Below the pieces are notes generated by a model. That model ran no database searches. It had not been told where the DNA came from and saw only the letters and a list, made by a program, of their open reading frames with translations. A stretch of 63,164 bases of DNA, counting the filler, from Octopus bimaculoides (lineage: Eukaryota), in assembly GCF_001194135.2 (NCBI RefSeq). It is 5 parts of 3 records of this genome, joined end to end, with 100 filler letters (N's around TTAATTAATTAA, not from the genome) between each part and the next. Parts side by side here need not be neighbours in the genome. Positions count along the whole stretch, not along the records: positions 49,480 to 58,478 come from NC_068984.1; positions 58,579 to 63,164 come from NC_068984.1; 3 more parts are not named here. One strand, 5' to 3'. This document shows positions 52,184 through 63,164 of the stretch, piece after piece (position 1 is the first letter of the stretch; every line of letters starts with the position of its first letter). Position numbers and translations under genes: made by a program.

Positions 52184-52330
52184 TTTTGTATCTTTATACA
52201 TATATGCACACAAAAAGGAATACATCCACACATGCATATGTTTATACACAGGTTAATACATTCATAATTTGATAAATACATACATACACGCATGTATAAA
52301 TAAATAATATAAACATACAAACATACATCC

Positions 52331-52364
<34 letters not shown>

Positions 52365-53301
52365 TCATACTTCCATACATGCAACCACACGTACATATTA
52401 CGTACTTACGTACGTAAAGATGTACATGAGTGTTTAAAGCACATGTATATACATACACAAATGCATTCATGTTTATGACACACTGAAAGAGGCCCACAAA
52501 CACACGTAAGTATACATGCACCAGCATGACCGCAGCCACTTGGCTGAAACACATAAATAAATAAATACGTACATACATGCGGACATACGTTCATACGTAC
52601 ATACGTTCACACAGAGAGAGACACACATGTTCAGTCACATTCGCATAGGTTGTTTTATGTCCGGTCTGTAGAACGAATACATAAACACGTATATCTATGA
52701 TACGTATATAGATAGAGAGAGACCCCACCTCCACCGCCTCATCACACACATACATTCACACCTACATTCACACATACACACAAACTCTTACAAAAACACA
52801 CACATTTATACATTCACACATTCATATTCCCCACACAGAGACAAACCCTTTTGTTCCCACTCTCCCCCATTTCTTGTTTCCCTCTGTCTGTCACTTTGCC
52901 CCCACGTCTTTCTCTCTCTCTCTCTCTCTCCCTCTCAGTCTTTCAAACTCTCTCTCTCTGTCTTTCTCACAATATCTTTTGTTTTCCTCACCGTCATCAT
53001 ATTATCAGGTATATTAACTTGTCGTTTAGTTAGTTAGGCGGACGTGTGCGTGAGAGAGAAAGATTAGTATGCGAGTGTGCGTGCGCGTATGTGTGTGTCT
53101 ATATATGTATGTATGTGTGTGTGTGCCCATATGCGGTCTGTGTGCGTCGGTGGGAGAGACAGAGAGAGAAAGACAGAAACAGAACGATAGAGTGCGTGTG
53201 CGTGTATGAGAGAGTGAGACATAAACGTTACATGTCAATATGTGGATATGAAAGGGCGGTAGACAGCTTTTGAGTCGGAGACAACGAATCAGAGTGTGTG
53301 C

Positions 53302-53340
<39 letters not shown>

Positions 53341-53534
53341 CAAATATATGTATTTGTGTGTGTGAGTGTGTGTATGTATAGATATTTATATATATGTATG
53401 TGTGTATCTAATTAAACATTGTGTGTAAGTGTGGATGTGGGTGTTACCATTAATTCATTCTCCCTGTTCCTCAACTGTCCCTCACCCTGGTCCCGACACT
53501 TACGTACATATCAGATATTATCTTGACACACCCA

Positions 53535-53588
<54 letters not shown>

Positions 53589-53668
53589 TATGTACACGAC
53601 AAACAGCGTTATCAACAATACCACCAGCAGCAGTAGCAGCATGATCCACGTTAGTAAATAAATCAACT

Positions 53669-53712
<44 letters not shown>

Positions 53713-54083
53713 TGTATGTGTGTATGTGTGCGTGCGTGTGTGTGTATGTGTGTGTGTGTGTGTGTGCGCATGAAATATCCGTTGTGCATATTCACAATAC
53801 ATTCGCACACACTCACATACACCCATACACATGTACTTACAAGCATTCACATCTATATCTATATATGTGTGTGTTTATCTATATATATACATATGTGTAT
53901 ATATTTACACACACATAAATATATATATCTATGTATAAATATATACTCATTTATACTTATTCATAAAAAAGAAACTACTAGTTAGCGTCTGTTACTCTCA
54001 CACGTGTGGACTCAACTATTCATAACTGACACACACACACACAAACGCACACATACATACACAGACATACATTATACATATAT

Positions 54084-54130
<47 letters not shown>

Positions 54131-54466
54131 TTCTTTTGTTTCAGTTTTGAGGCTGTGGCCATGCTGGAGTACTAGACACGCACGCACACACACCCGTATA
54201 TTATATTATATGTATATACATATATAGCGTGAAAGATAAGAATATGTATAATTATATATACATAGAGATATATGTATATACATCCTCTAACTACCGCCAA
54301 CTACAAACAAACAAGGCAATTTTCAAATAAGATTGTTAAAAGTTCTAAGTGTAGTAGCATAGTTTTTGCTCTGGATATTTTTATTGTTGCCGTTGTTGTT
54401 GTGGTTAGTGTTGCTGTATTTGAAGTGGGGATTACCTACTGAGTAACTCTAACACTTTAATATCGA

Positions 54467-54470
54467 TAGC

Positions 54471-54525
<55 letters not shown>

Positions 54526-54552
54526 GTAGATAGTGAGAAAGAGAGAGAGAGA
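54467..54552. repeat. (GATA)n-(GA)n tract just upstream of the GT7 start codon
   Basis: Read directly from the sequence. Confidence 0.9.
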
Positions 54553-54588
54553 GGGGAGGGAGAGTATACGAAGTTGTGGACGAAGAAT

Positions 54589-55182
54589 ATGTTTAAAAGA
54601 AAAGATTTACCCCCTTTATTCCTTCTTCTGGTTCTTATATGTCTTATCATGGTGGCCCTCTCTCAGATTTTGGTCGTGCGCCAAAGGAACCGGTTCCCGA
54701 TCTCCATGCGGAAGCAAATGCTCTTTGTACGCGGGCAGAATGGTATGTCCGCGAGCAGTGCAGCCAAAGATCTTCATTTTATGTTTGGTTTCAATAGCGA
54801 AAGTGAAAAGCTACTGAACGAAATATACGTAAGTCGAATAGGTTCCTTAATTCGACAAACTTCTAACATGTCCAAACGTTTGGCCAACAACGCTCGAAAT
54901 TTCACGGTAATTACAAACAAGATCCACAAGAAATCTTCCGAGGACAGTCATATTAGTAGTAGTAGTAGTAGTAATAATAATAATGATAATAATAAAAGCG
55001 ATCGCCTTCTTAACTCAGGAGAATCCCAGAAAAGTAGCCAGAACTTTGGCAGCAACAGCATCAACAAGAACAGTAATGTCGGTGCTAACACGAACATATC
55101 CAAAACAAACCGAATAGTCGGAGAAAAAACCGAAAATACGAACACACAAAACAACAACAACAACAACAACAGTAACCGAAGC

Positions 55183-55219
<37 letters not shown>

Positions 55220-55372
55220 GTTATAGTTCCGTCTTAACTTCTCGGAGTGATTTAGATCGCATATACGACAATATGAATGGAATTAAACAACTGCATATGG
55301 AACGGCCGGGGAATACCACAAATGGCTCTAGCAGTGTGGCCCAATATTGTCCGGAGGTACCACCTGACTTAC
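54589..55372 (+). CDS. First coding exon of a GT7-family beta-1,4-galactosyltransferase / beta-1,4-GalNAc-transferase (B4GALT/bre-4-like) type II Golgi membrane protein
   Basis: ATG at 54589 is the first ATG after an in-frame TAG (54523-54525). It encodes a short basic N-tail MFKRKD, a hydrophobic TM segment (LFLLLVLICLIMVALSQILVV), a long N/S-rich stem, then YCPEVPPDL followed by C|GTAAGT (phase-1 donor at 55373). From recall, vertebrate B4GALT1 exon 1 ends at the equivalent CPEESPLL plus one base. No downstream catalytic exon was recognised in the window. Confidence 0.8.
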
Positions 55373-55804
55373 GTAAGTACACGATTCTGTTACCTGTCTA
55401 TTGAATTCATCCATAGATTTATTCCTGTTGCAAACAAAGTCTTCCTGTCACGTGTATGTTTATATGTTTATATATAAAAGAATAAAAGAGAAAAGAATAC
55501 GTATATATATAAACTTTTTTATATGTTTATTTATACATATATATATATACATGTATGTAGGTATGTATGTATGTATGTATGTATGTATGTATTCATATAT
55601 ATATATTTAATTAAATTAAAATAAAGATATTTGCAGTGTTGTGTTGTTGAGACGAGAGCAGCCGGGTTTCTATTGAGATCGATGAGAATACTGAGAAACC
55701 AAAATAGATAGATAGATCGATAGATAGATAGATAGATAGATAGACACACTTAGAAATGTATACACATGCTTACACACACATACATCTATATATATACGTA
55801 CACA

Positions 55805-55850
<46 letters not shown>

Positions 55851-56749
55851 NNNNNNNNNNNNNNNNNNNNNNNNNNNNNNNNNNNNNNNNNNNNNNNNNN
55901 NNNNNNNNNNNNNNNNNNNNNNNNNNNNNNNNNNNNNNNNNNNNNNNNNNNNNNNNNNNNNNNNNNNNNNNNNNNNNNNNNNNNNNNNNNNNNNNNNNNN
56001 NNNNNNNNNNNNNNNNNNNNNNNNNNNNNNNNNNNNNNNNNNNNNNNNNNNNNNNNNNNNNNNNNNNNNNNNNNNNNNNNNNNNNNNNNNNNNNNNNNNN
56101 NNNNNNNNNNNNNNNNNNNNNNNNNNNNNNNNNNNNNNNNNNNNNNNNNNNNNNNNNNNNNNNNNNNNNNNNNNNNNNNNNNNNNNNNNNNNNNNNNNNN
56201 NNNNNNNNNNNNNNNNNNNNNNNNNNNNNNNNNNNNNNNNNNNNNNNNNNNNNNNNNNNNNNNNNNNNNNNNNNNNNNNNNNNNNNNNNNNNNNNNNNNN
56301 NNNNNNNNNNNNNNNNNNNNNNNNNNNNNNNNNNNNNNNNNNNNNNNNNNNNNNNNNNNNNNNNNNNNNNNNNNNNNNNNNNNNNNNNNNNNNNNNNNNN
56401 NNNNNNNNNNNNNNNNNNNNNNNNNNNNNNNNNNNNNNNNNNNNNNNNNNNNNNNNNNNNNNNNNNNNNNNNNNNNNNNNNNATATACATATATATATAC
56501 ATACATACATACATACATATAATTCGTGTGTGTGTAAGCGTGCTTATCTTTTTTTTAGTATTTGTGTTTTGGGAAGTATGCGTGTGAGTTTGCGAGTGTG
56601 TATTACTAGAAGTTGAAATATCACAAATGATAGCCCAGTGTTTCTTTTTGTTGATCCTCGGAGGAATAAGTCATCAGTTGAAATTTATGGATTTACAGCC
56701 GCTGATATATGGAAACGGGCGTCTATCATTACGACTTAAATGTACCACC

Positions 56750-57345
56750 ATGACATCTCCCGTGTTTCCCCATCTGACAGTGTCAAATTAACAGCGGAAC
56801 TGGAGGCAGTTCAGCAGTGCTATACCAGGGAGATTACATAAATAGAATAGCTCAGATGGGAGACACTGAAAGAACTACAAGTCTACTCCATGGAGCGAAG
56901 TTAGGAGAGATCTGCAGTGATACGCGTATGGAAGATCCTGGAGAGGTTGGCTCCAAACTTTGGCATCCACGGCTATACCAGCCCTCAAAGTGGACGTCAC
57001 TGCACTGTTCTAAAGGTCCTACCTATCCCGTCTAGAGTGAGAACCACATACAGCAATAGCTCGGGATTCAAGGGCCCACGCTATTTAATATCTTGCCGAA
57101 ACATCTAAAAACTGTACATGGAGTAGGAGTAGATGTTTTCAAGAGGCAACTTAACGTCCTACTGTCCAAGGTCTCGGATGAACTTACATGGCGCCAAAAA
57201 GAGGGTAGCATTATCAAACTCCCTCATTCACTAAAAGCCAATCACAAAAAAAAAAAGAAAAAAATGGCCATTCATAACAAAGGCGGTGCTCCAGCATGGC
57301 TGCAACCTTTGGGATGAAACGCATAAACGAATAAAAGAACGTGAT
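56750..57345 (+). mobile_element. CR1/L2-group LINE 3' end (in the presumed intron 1 of the GT7 gene)
   Basis: ELEAVQ, IRVWKILERLAPN, GFKGP...PKHLK..HGVGVDVFKRQL..LLSKVSDE; 3' tail resembles the SINE tail. Confidence 0.75.
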
Positions 57346-57887
57346 TCGTACACCGCACTGTAATTCATCCCCGGCATGTTTGGTTGTACATTAGCACGTG
57401 GAGTATAAGAGTGGAGTTACATTGTCATAAATTTTCTAGTCGCTCGGCGTACTCTATCGCGTACAGTTAAATGTGTATGTATGTGAAAAACGATATATAT
57501 ATATATATATATANNNNNNNNNNNNNNNNNNNNNNNNNNNNNNNNNNNNNNNNNNNNNNNNNNNNNNNNNNNNNNNNNNNNNNNNNNNNNNNNNNNNNNN
57601 NNNNNNNNNNNNNNNNNNNNNNNNNNNNNNNNNNNNNNNNNNNNNNNNNNNNNNNNNNNNNNNNNNNNNNNNNNNNNNNNNNNNNNNNNNNNNNNNNNNN
57701 NNNNNNNNNNNNNNNNNNNNNTATATATAGGTTGTGAGCGAAAGTGGTGTCAGTTAGACCCAGAGGTTTCAGTTTATATGTATGCCAATCTGCCTAAACA
57801 ATGGATTTACAAATACAATATCCCTACATTCACGCTTTATTTCCTATCTTATGTAAACTAACTATTGCTTAACCATCCTCTCACACC

Positions 57888-57935
57888 GTCTCCGACGAAG
57901 GGATATAATAAATATCCTGGAAACAGCTGTAATAC
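57888..57935 (+). ncRNA. Hammerhead-like motif, second family, degenerate
   Basis: CCGACGA-A-GGGAUAU(AAUAA)AUAUCCU-G-GAAA with palindromic stem III ACAGCUGU and a GUA triplet; U4 changed to C. Confidence 0.5.
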
Positions 57936-58390
57936 CTTCTATTTATAAATGTTCTATATTATACACAGCCTTGTTTTTTTTTATCTCATTACGAAATACT
58001 TATATGTATACACACATACACACATATATGCGCATGTGTGTGTCTATGTGTGTACACACACACACTCACACACACTTACACAAACACGACAATAAATAAA
58101 GATATATATGTAGGCCGTTGTCTTATATATCACTGCGTGTGAAAACCTGTATATTTGGGAATGTAAACATTGTTTTACGATGTATATGTATGTGTGTATA
58201 TTACGATGTATATGTGTATATATTTTCTTCATATACCATTTTAGCACGTGTTTCTGCTGGATAAGAGTCCTACTATTTGATATACCAGATATGTGTATTT
58301 AGTTGATTTATATTAAATCAATTGCAAGGTATTGAAATCTATATGTTGACAAACCCTGGAGCCATGTGTGTATTTATATGTGTATGTATT

Positions 58391-58478
<88 letters not shown>

Positions 58479-58658
58479 NNNNNNNNNNNNNNNNNNNNNN
58501 NNNNNNNNNNNNNNNNNNNNNNTTAATTAATTAANNNNNNNNNNNNNNNNNNNNNNNNNNNNNNNNNNNNNNNNNNNNGGTCAGCCACACTTAAGTGGCA
58601 ATATACTACACTTTATCGTGCAGTTACTGTTAATACTTCATTTAGAGAATTAACATTG

Positions 58659-58695
<37 letters not shown>

Positions 58696-59210
58696 GTGTG
58701 TATATATATATATATATGTGTGTGTGTATATATATATATGTGTATATGTATACACACGCATGCACGTACAACCACACGCACACAAAACACACACATACAC
58801 ACAAGACATATACATACACACGCACACATACTTCAAAGTACCAGTTAAATACCTTTCTACTGACCATTCTCCTATGCACATGTGTAAGGAGACACACAAC
58901 AGACAGCCACTCCAACCAAAATTCTTATAAATTCTTCCTACGACCTTAAGTGACACTAAATCTAACCACCCAAACACATAAGCAGCCACAACCACACACA
59001 CACACACACACATGCAGATACACGTGCTATCCTTACACATACACACACCTGTGCGCATACACATCCACACACATACCTCCTTCTCTTGCACTCTCCTGTC
59101 TTAGAAAGAACTTTTTCTTCACCCATTCCCTTCCGGTCATTTCAATATGTGACCGCGTGTGCATCGTTGGCGATTTTCTTTCTCCGTCTTCCCTTCTTTG
59201 GACATTTTCT

Positions 59211-59249
59211 ATATTTCTGATGAAGAGTTCCTTTCGAAACGTGAAATAT
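59211..59249 (+). ncRNA. Hammerhead-like motif in a Penelope-type terminal repeat (about 59130-59330)
   Basis: AUAUUU-CUGAUGA-A-GAG(UUCCU)UUC-GAAA-C-GUG-AAAUAU: canonical core and 6-bp stem I, but the GUG triplet is not a cleavable NUH. Confidence 0.6.
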
Positions 59250-59335
59250 TCTTTCTTCTTTTTCCTTTCCTGAGCGTCCAATAACACTGTGCTTGTTCCA
59301 CGTCCTCGCATTGTTTATATTTGGATTGACTGATA

Positions 59336-59605
59336 TACATGTACGGGTAATCTTCAAGTTTAGGGGGGTAAAAAAATAAATAAAAATATTCAAGGGAAGT
59401 AACTGAACGTCTTACCAGTATTCTCTGTACATCTCTGTTTATAAATAAATCACACACGTGATTTGATTGACGTTAGGGTTAGGGTGTGATTTATTTATAA
59501 ACAGCTAGAAGAAAACGGATAATACTGGTAAGTCGTTCAGTTATTTCCCTTGAATATTTTTATTTACTTTTTTTACCCCGCTAAACTTGAAGATTACACA
59601 TGTAT
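59336..59605. mobile_element. Palindromic MITE, about 270 bp
   Basis: Arms of about 120 bp pair (cttcaagtttag...aatattcaaggga...ttaccagtatt...tttataaataaatcacac); spacer contains (TTAGGG)2. Confidence 0.75.
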
Positions 59606-60339
59606 GTGTATATTTTATTACTTTTTACCTCCACTCAATCATTCCCACCTTCTCTTCTAAAATGTGAGTATTCATGTAACTCCCGTGCATCAAGTAAGCT
59701 ATTTTGTACTAACCCCTTCTTTCATACTTTTACCTCTCTTTTCCTCATCTCCTAGTTTAAAGTTGTCCCCTTAAAGGTTTGTAGCTTTGCAATCTTTATG
59801 ATGGCCTTTTTCGTGTTGGTGGCATGAAAAACAAACAAACAAACAAGCAAACCCCGCATGCACTGTAAATTCGTTGACATAAGAAGGGTCATCTGAATGT
59901 AGAAACCATACTCTACAGACGCTGGTGCATGATGCAGTTATTGGGCCCATCAGAGCCTATCAAACTACCCAACTCATGCCAGCATGGAACGCAAACGTTC
60001 AATATATATGATGATGATGAGAAGGATGATGAAGATGATGATTATGATGATGATGATGATGTTTTTTATACATTTATTTGTGCGTGGGTGTATATCTATG
60101 TATATACATGCTGACAGCCTGGTCAATGCTATTGGCAAGAATGTGTGTCTGCATGTGTATATATGTGTGTGTGTATGTTTGTGCATGTGTGTGTGTGTGT
60201 GTGTGTGTGTATGTTTGTGCATGTGTGTGTGTATGTGCTTATCATTGTGTATAAGTATAAACGAACATTTACTTGTAAGCTTAAGCAGTTCTGACCATGT
60301 AAATATGTTTATATTTATGACCTGCTGATATTAATGCAC

Positions 60340-61445
60340 AACATCATGGTGGTGGTGGTGTTTGTGGCACTTGCCACTATATTCAATAAGGTTTGATTTG
60401 CTGCTGCTGCTGATGATGATGATATTTTTACTTCGTTTTTATGGTGGTGGTGGAGGTGTTGCTGTTCCTTTGAATGAGGGAGATAGCCACGGTTGGGGAG
60501 GTTTGTGTTGATAGCAGTAATGTGGTTGTACAATGTTGTTGTTATTGGTATTGTCCCTTGCTGTTCATAGCAGTGATAGTGATGGTGGTGGAAGTGGTGG
60601 TGGTGATGATGACAGCAACAGCAGCAGTAGTGGTGATAATGAGGATGAAGAGGTGGATGTAGCCATGGTGGTGTCGGTGGTGGTGGTGGTGGTGGTGGTG
60701 GTGGTGGTGCTGCTGCTGCTGCTGGTGATGGTCCATGTGTTGGCAACAATGGCAAACATGTTGGTGCAGATGGTANNNNNNNNNNNNNNNNNNNNNNNNN
60801 NNNNNNNNNNNNNNNNNNNNNNNNNNNNNNNNNNNNNNNNNNNNNNNNNNNNNNNNNNNNNNNNNNNNNNNNNNNNNNNNNNNNNNNNNNNNNNNNNNNN
60901 NNNNNNNNNNNNNNNNNNNNNNNNNNNNNNNNNNNNNNNNNNNNNNNNNNNNNNNNNNNNNNNNNNNNNNNNNNNNNNNNNNNNNNNNNNNNNNNNNNNN
61001 NNNNNNNNNNNNNNNNNNNNNNNNNNNNNNNNNNNNNNNNNNNNNNNNNNNNNNNNNNGTGGTGGTGGTGGTGATGACAGTGGTAGTGGTGGTGGTGGTG
61101 GTGATGACAGTGGTAGGGGTCATGTTGGCTGTGGTGGCAGTGGTGAAGGTGGTGGTTACTGTGGTAATGGTGGTGGTAGTGATGGCGGAGGTGGTGGTGA
61201 TGGCGGTGGTGGTGGTGGTGGTGCTGTGGTGGTTGCAGCAGTGGTGGTGATGATGAGGTACCTGTAGTGGTAGTGTCAATGGTGGTGGTGGCGGTGGAGG
61301 CAGTGGTGGTGGAGGTAGGGGTCAGCAGTAATAAAGGCATTAGTAGTACTGACAGTGATAATAGAACTGGTAGTGTAGATGTGGCAGTTGCGGTGGTAGT
61401 GGTTGTAGTTTCTAGAGATCGATGATGATAATATTAATGATGCTG
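60340..61445. repeat. Degenerate mixed-triplet (GGT/GAT/GCT/AGT) low-complexity block
   Basis: Read directly from the sequence; contains a gap. Confidence 0.9.
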
Positions 61446-61699
61446 GTGTTGAGACAGAAATGAGATGTATATTGACAGCTTACTCTTTAGATTTAGGTGG
61501 AATCTAAATCCACCCCCAACCCCCACACACACGTGCACATACACGCCCACACACATACATGCTTGTTCCTCACCACCCACTGCTATGCTCTATTCTAGCT
61601 CAATAAGTGGTGCAGCAAGAGAGATTAGTTGGGTAAATCAAACAAAAACCAACAGAAAAAAATATGAAATTGAGTAAAAAAAATGTAGTAAAATAAAAA

Positions 61700-61862
61700 G
61701 CGCTGGCATAGATGTGTGGTAAGGAGCTTGCTGCCCAATCACATGGTTCCAGGTTCAGTCCGACTGTGTAGCACCTTGGGCAAATGTCTTCTGCTATAAC
61801 CTCGAGCTGACCAAAGTCTTGTGCATGGATTTGGTAGACAGAAATTGAAAGAAGCCCGTCGT

Positions 61863-61863
<1 letters not shown>
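61700..61863 (+). mobile_element. SINE family A head
   Basis: tgtgtggtaag...ggttcagtcc...caccttgggcaaatgtcttct...tttggtagacagaaattgaaagaagcccgtcgta. Confidence 0.8.
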
Positions 61864-61893
<30 letters not shown>

Positions 61894-61941
61894 CCATCAT
61901 TATCATCATCATCACCATCATCCTCATCATCATCATCATCA

Positions 61942-62400
61942 TCGTTTAATGTCTGCTTTCCCTGCTGGCATGGATTGGACGGTTTGACTGAGGGCTAGTG
62001 AGCCAGAAGGCTGCACCAGGCTCCAATCTGATCTGGCAAAGTTTCTACATTTGGATGCCCTTCCTAACACCAACCACTCTGAGAGTGTAGTGGGTGCTTT
62101 TTATGTGCCACCATCATTGGGGCCAGTCAGGCAGTACTGGTATCAACCATGCTTGCATGGTGCTTTTTACGTGCCGCTGGCATGGGAGCCAGTCAGGCAG
62201 CACTGGCATTAACCACGCTTGCATGGTGCTTTTTACGTGCCGCTGGCATGGGAGCCAGTCAGGTGGCACTGGCAATGATTTCACTCAAATGGTATCTTTT
62301 CTGTGCCTCTGGCACTGTCATCAGCCGTGTCAATGACTTCACTTGACCCAACAGGTCTTTGCAAGCGCAGTTTATTGGCCAGTGAATGAAGTGTACTCTT
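61942..62400 (-). mobile_element. RTE-associated 3' UTR or SINE with (GAT)n tail and internal 66-bp tandem repeats
   Basis: Tail seen as (CAT)n at 61863-61942; a related plus-strand 3' end at about 59960-60060 (gccagcatgga...gatgatgat); about 3 copies of a 66-bp unit at 62098-62300. The RTE association is from recall. Confidence 0.55.
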
Positions 62401-62659
62401 AAATGGGTTGGTTAAATAAAAACAAAGACAAACACATAAGCACATACAAATACACAAACATATACACAATGACACACAAATAAAATTTTTTTTAAATTAA
62501 TAAGAGCCAAAAAAATTAGACCAACCAAAGGAGAAATTATAAGATTATCACCTACTTTAATTAAAACAAATACTAACATAATAACAAACCCAAAACTACA
62601 CTAAAAATGTTTAAATAAACATAACAATATTAAATAAGCAAAATAAAAAGATACACATA

Positions 62660-63090
62660 AGAACAACAAAAAAACAATGACAGGAAGCCAGACATAGTGT
62701 TAAGTAAGTGAGAAAGAAAGCAGACGATGATGGATCGTAGATATAGTAGGCTCAGCTGACAACAAGGTATGTGATAAGGAAGAAAGAAAAGTTGATAGAT
62801 ATGACAGGTTAGCTTGGGAGGTGAAGCAGTTGTGGTCGCTGTAAAAGGTGGTAGTAGTACCAATAATTGTCGGAGCCCTGGGAACAGTGATTAAAAATCT
62901 TGAGAAGTACATGGAACAAATAGGGGCTGCAATAAGGGTGGAGCATTTGCAAAAGACAGCACTGCTTGGAACTGCTTGTATACTCTAGATGGTGCTAAAA
63001 AAAAATAAGGGGTGTTACCTTAGTTCACTAGTAGTTAACAGCTGGCACTGTAGTACATTCTCCAGTGCTAGAAGCTGTGGAATGACAATA

Positions 63091-63140
<50 letters not shown>
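62660..63140 (+). mobile_element. Dong/R4-like LINE 3' end with (AAT)n tail
   Basis: DRKPDIVL...IVDIVGSAD...DRYDRLAWEVKQLW...VVPIIVGALG...LQKTALLGTACIL; (AAT)n at about 63088-63140. Confidence 0.85.
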
Positions 63141-63143
<3 letters not shown>

Positions 63144-63164
63144 AACAAGAAAATATTGCAGATT

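Noticed and set aside
60315-61340. Long His/Thr/Pro- or Gly/Val-rich ORFs
   Set aside because: In-phase triplet low-complexity DNA, open on both strands, with no domain or splice support
62285-62330. Minus-strand CUGAUGA...GAAA hammerhead-like match
   Set aside because: No U16.1/NUH site and no stem I; lies in a degenerate unit of the tandem repeat
55373-63164. Search for GT7 exon 2 (GG..P..C...VAIIIP.R.R motif)
   Set aside because: Not found in readable sequence; it probably lies beyond the window or in a gap

Overview
Eukaryotic, AT-rich, microsatellite-saturated scaffold segment with many N gaps. The repeat families (tRNA-derived SINEs, Dong/R4-type LINEs, Penelope-like ends) look like those of an octopus genome; this is inferred from pattern recognition and was not verified. 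Only one host coding exon is supported: the first coding exon (54589-55372, +) of a GT7 beta-1,4-galactosyl/GalNAc-transferase-like type II membrane protein (TM helix, Asn/Ser-rich stem, CPEVPPDL, phase-1 GT donor). The catalytic exons were not found in the window. The rest is decayed mobile DNA: a Mag-clade Gypsy LTR element lacking RT/RNase H, Chapaev3-like, mariner and Tigger transposase remnants, RLE-type, L1/Tx1, CR1-like and RTE LINE fragments, a Penelope-like element, SINEs and MITEs. The strongest leads are (1) four Penelope-type minimal hammerhead ribozyme motifs, two sharing the same non-canonical CUGU core; (2) an 858-bp foldback element with an 8-bp TSD carrying inverted TTAGGG arrays; (3) an inverted copy of flank plus terminus inside the Chapaev3 end; (4) a SINE and a candidate partner LINE with a shared 3' tail. 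No CRISPR, rRNA or true tRNA genes were seen. All comparisons were made by eye, and boundaries of degenerate elements are approximate.
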